From: Octopus sinensis
Lineage: Eukaryota
Direction of reading: 5' to 3'
Assembly: GCF_006345805.1 (NCBI RefSeq)
Contig: NC_043022.1
Span: 13,082,001-13,146,000, forward strand
DNA length: 64,000 nt
How positions within the stretch are numbered: position 1 is the first letter of the stretch; each line of letters starts with the position of its first letter. Both the position numbers and the translations under genes were made by a program. A model generated the notes under the pieces. That model ran no database searches. It saw nothing but the letters and a program-made list of their open reading frames with translations, and was not told the origin of the DNA. Of this stretch, positions 60,301 to 64,000 are shown piece after piece.

Positions 60301-63300
60301 CTTTCCGCCCTGATCTTCGCTGAGAAATGGGTTCTTCATAGTCGAAGCCAGTAATGGCGGCTAGATCAGCGTCTTTGAACACACGGATAGAATCCAAGAT
60401 TTCCCGATTGCCAATAACCATTGCAGTCCCTGACTCGACAAACTCACTGTCGTTGATAGGACACCCTTCCAGTTTGGTTTCAATGTTTTCCTTGGATTTT
60501 TCACAAGTTTCTTTCTCGCTTTTCGATTCAATTGCTGGGTTGGTTTTAGCAAGGCTGTCTTCTAATACTTCTTTGGTTTTTAAGGCCTTCACATCCAAAT
60601 GTAAATATGAAGGGAGATCAGGGTCCTGGTCACTAACACTTTCCTCTGATTGCTTCTCAGGCAAACATTCAAATTGTTTCTCTTCTGTTACATTGTTTGG
60701 AATCTCGTTAACTGGACTAATTTTACTAGAAAGAGGAGAATCAAAGTCCTCCAAAACTTGGTAATTGATTTGAGGGTCAAGAATTGTTTCCTGACTGTCC
60801 TCGTCCTTGGCTTCAAGCTCGCAGCTGGTCAATGGAGTGGCTGTAGTAGCAGTGCCGATTTCTTGGTTATCGTCTTTCAGATCAAAACCTGTTTTCGTTT
60901 CTTCATCATCCGGTTTCAAGCAAACATCTTCTAATTCAACATTCGGAGACATTTTCTCTGTCGTCACCTCTTCTGCATCATTTTCGTCTTCCACTTCATC
61001 TTCATCAATCCTCAGTGCACCCTCATCGCTGCTATCACAGTCATCAGATAACTTGCTGGACAATATATCTTTACTAGAGTCCAGTTTACCAAAACCAAGA
61101 ACAGATTCCATCTGTTTGCAGACAGAACTATGGTGATTAGTCATTTCTATAAATGGACTGGCCAGTTTTGGCTGGTTAGATAATGGTTCAGATTTGGGGC
61201 TGGCTTTAGGAGCAATGATTTCTTCAGTGGTTTCTGTCTTTGCAAAGTCTTTCTCCTTTGGATCCGTTAATGGAGAATTCAGGTCTACAACGGTCTCATT
61301 GTCAGAAATGGAGTCGATATTTAATTTACTACTCGACACAGAAGAAACAGGTAGCTCAGTTTTATCAATTACTTTATCATCTTTATCAACAGAATTATCA
61401 TCATACCCACAGATATCACTGGTATCAATAACTAATTTATCTTCTTGTTCATCGACATCCCCAAAACTACCGTCTTTTGCATCACTCAAATCTCCTGCAG
61501 CATTGTCCGTTTCCGTAGAAGAACTCGCAGCAGAGTTCACATCAGCTTCTTCTGACCACGAAGAGGCTACGTTCTTGTGTTTGTTCCGCCGTTTGCCCTG
61601 ACCAGGCTTCACATTGGTGCAGGAAGTGCAACACTTGGAAGGTTTTGTACAATAAGTTTCGATCGTATCAAAATAAGACTTCTTCTTCTCGCAGCCAAAC
61701 CAATCTTGGAGCCGAGAAATTTTTTCGGTAGTTTTCCGTGTTCCATCAAAGTTGGACACAACTTCGTCATGTCTTTGATCTTCATTGCATTCGTTAACTT
61801 TTTGGTGGTCGGAATGAACCTTTTGGTGATCGGATTTTTTGGAGTCATAGAATTCTTCGAAATTCAGTTTATCTTGTTCGTCAAAATCATAGACATCACC
61901 ATCGGTCTTCTCAGCAGATTGTTGCTGCTGTTGTTGTTGGTGACGTGACGGTTGTGGTTGTTGTTGTTGTTGTTGAGGGAAGTGCTGTTGTTCTTGCTGA
62001 TAGTGATTATGCTGCTGCTGCTGTTGTTGTTGTTGTTGTTGTTTCTGTTGAAAATGCCAAGGTTGCTTGTGATATTGTTGCTGCTGTTGCTCATCATCAT
62101 CATCATCATCATCGTCATCTTCTTCCTCTTCCTCCTCTTCTTCGTCTTGCTGCCGCAGCTCTTCCTCTTCTTGTTGCATCTCTTGTTTTTGCTTTTCTTC
62201 TTCTTTCTCTTGTCTTTCATCATCATCATCATCTTGTTCTTCTTCTTCTTTCTCTTGCTGCTGTTGTTGCTGCTGCTGTTGTTGTTGTTCTTGTTGCTCT
62301 ACAGAATGGGACTTTGAAATGTCGTCGTCATAGATTTTCTCCTCCGAGATGCTCATATCAAAGCCTGGCATCTTTTTGCCAATCTTCTTCAGCAGCATCG
62401 CATCCAGGCCATACAGCTTCTGTTCGAGCTTTTCACAAATCTTCTTACTCATGTCGGAGTTGTTCAACAGTTTCTCACTTTTATGCGGCGAATGCAAGCT
62501 GTAAACCTTCTTGGATCGTTCGATGAAGTTGAACTTGGTTTTCACCTTACATTCTTTCTCACTGAACAGTTTCGAGGACTTCTCAGGGCAGATTATGTCG
62601 TAGACATCATCAGATGCATCATCAAAGTCATAAATGTGATGACCAATGTTGCGGTTCGTGTCCGAGTTGCTGCCCTGCGTTTTGTCTATGGGGCTAGGGT
62701 TACAGGTTGAGATTTTATTACACAGTTCATTGTCGGTAAGCTTGTTCTCTTCGCTTTCACACACAATAAGTTTATTGCCATCGCCTTCACCACCATATTC
62801 ACTAAAGTCAAAATTATAGATCATTACATTTCCTTTCTTCATGTTGTCACACGGTGCCGACAGTTTGTCAACTGAAGACGCATTGTTCTCTTTATCAGAA
62901 ACGGATTTCTCTTCCGAGGTTTCTTCTTTAGTTTCGCTGGTCACTTCTAGATTTTTGCTCTTGTCCAAGTCTTGTACAACATCAGGAGTGTCGAGTGACA
63001 GGACTGAATCACAGCTCTCCTTCAGCAACAAATAAGGATTGAAGTTTTTCATCAACTGTTTTCTAACTTTAATTTCCAGCCAGTCGGGTTTTATTTTATC
63101 AGAATTACAGTCAGTATTTGGTCTTTTGGCATCGATAAACACATCAGATACGCTCTCCTCCAATTCTTTAACACTGTAAGGACTATCGATGTCTTTGCTG
63201 TCCGAATGTGCAGGGCTTTCCATTTGGACAGACTTCTCTTTGATGCCATCCAAGTCAGTCGGTTCGTCCTGCTCACCATTGGGCTGTTCTACTGCTTCAT

Positions 63301-64000
63301 TTAATCCCATTGGGAACAAAAGAAATTCCGGTGTCTTTTCACAAACGTTCTTGGAAAGAAAATCAGAAACGGTCTTCTTAACTTTCTCTGTCTCATGAAT
63401 TTTCTCAAATTTCTTGATTTGTTCAGAATCTTGAATCTTCTCTGTGATATTTTCTGATTTCTCAAAATCATAAACGTCTTCAACCCCATGTTCTACTTTA
63501 TCCCCGTCTCCTGCTCTTTCCTCCTCTTCAGCTTCAGTCTTTTCCAGTTTCACGCACTCTTCCTTTGCGTCTTCGATTTCACTCTTTACAGTTTCGCTCT
63601 CCCCACTTTCGAAACCACTCTGCTTCGTTTCTTTCTCGCTGTCGTCGACAAAGTCAGTTGCGCTTTCCTTCAGATCTTCACACGAAGACGTCCTCTTAAT
63701 CTTCTGTTTTATCTCGGGATCCACATCAACGTTCACTTGCTCTTTGACTGGCAAAGATTCCACCTTCACTGAATCTTCTGCCTTCGGGCTGACTAAACCA
63801 CCAAAGTCTTTCACCGTTAGGGACTTCACGTCAGCCTGTTCCTCTTTTGCTTCCTGCTCATTGGTAAAAATCTCATCCTCATCTTCTTCCACCAGTGGCA
63901 TTTTCAATACATTCTTTTTAGAACTTTTCTTTGACTTAGTTTCATGCTTTTTCTTTTCCTTCTTCTTTTTCTTCTTGCTTTTGTTTGGTTTGCTCAACAC
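57355..64000 (-). CDS. spen: Spen/SHARP (Msx2-interacting protein) giant internal coding exon, 5'-truncated by the window edge
   Basis: Uninterrupted >2200-codon frame, low-complexity, acidic and polyQ-rich. Ends at donor GCAG|GTAAGT (phase 1) and splices in phase through downstream exons to a SPOC domain. The 'M' at 64000 is a GTG at the window edge, not a start codon. Confidence 0.93.

Noticed and set aside
57501-63772. Long plus-strand ORFs antisense to the spen giant exon (e.g. 57501-58241)
   Set aside because: Shadow ORFs expected opposite a long, biased coding exon; no recognisable domains.
63998-64000. Start codon of the 2234-aa ORF
   Set aside because: It is a GTG at the window edge; the exon and the N-terminal RRM-encoding part of spen must lie beyond the window.

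Overview
AT-rich, microsatellite- and SINE-dense eukaryotic DNA. The repeat families and gene content fit an octopus (coleoid cephalopod); this is inferred from recognition, not from a search. Two protein-coding genes are supported. (1) The 3' part of spen/SHARP/MINT on the minus strand: a >6.6-kb exon open at the right edge, seven further phase-consistent coding exons ending in a clear SPOC domain (stop at 41713), and a probable ~4.4-kb 3' UTR. (2) A 622-aa TFIIA large-subunit (alpha/beta) homologue with an intronless CDS on the plus strand (25015-26883). It appears to have a 5'-UTR intron and to share a promoter with an unidentified divergent transcript. The rest is tRNA-derived SINEs, LINE 3' ends (CR1-like, RTE-like), a mariner relic and several MITE classes with recognisable TIRs/TSDs. 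Most notable observations: a complete minimal type-I hammerhead ribozyme (597-691) plus degenerate hammerhead-like motifs; the retrogene-like TFIIA paralogue with two Taspase1-type sites, an upstream array of AGGTCA half-sites and a perfect 73-bp hairpin downstream; a 30-nt in-frame microexon at the start of the Spen SPOC domain; five CTCF-like YxF/FxF motifs in Spen; an intronic copy of Spen coding sequence that could be a cassette exon; and a nine-unit 184-bp SINE-derived tandem array. No CRISPR array, rRNA or intact tRNA gene was found. All calls were made by eye, so TE boundaries are approximate unless a TSD is quoted.
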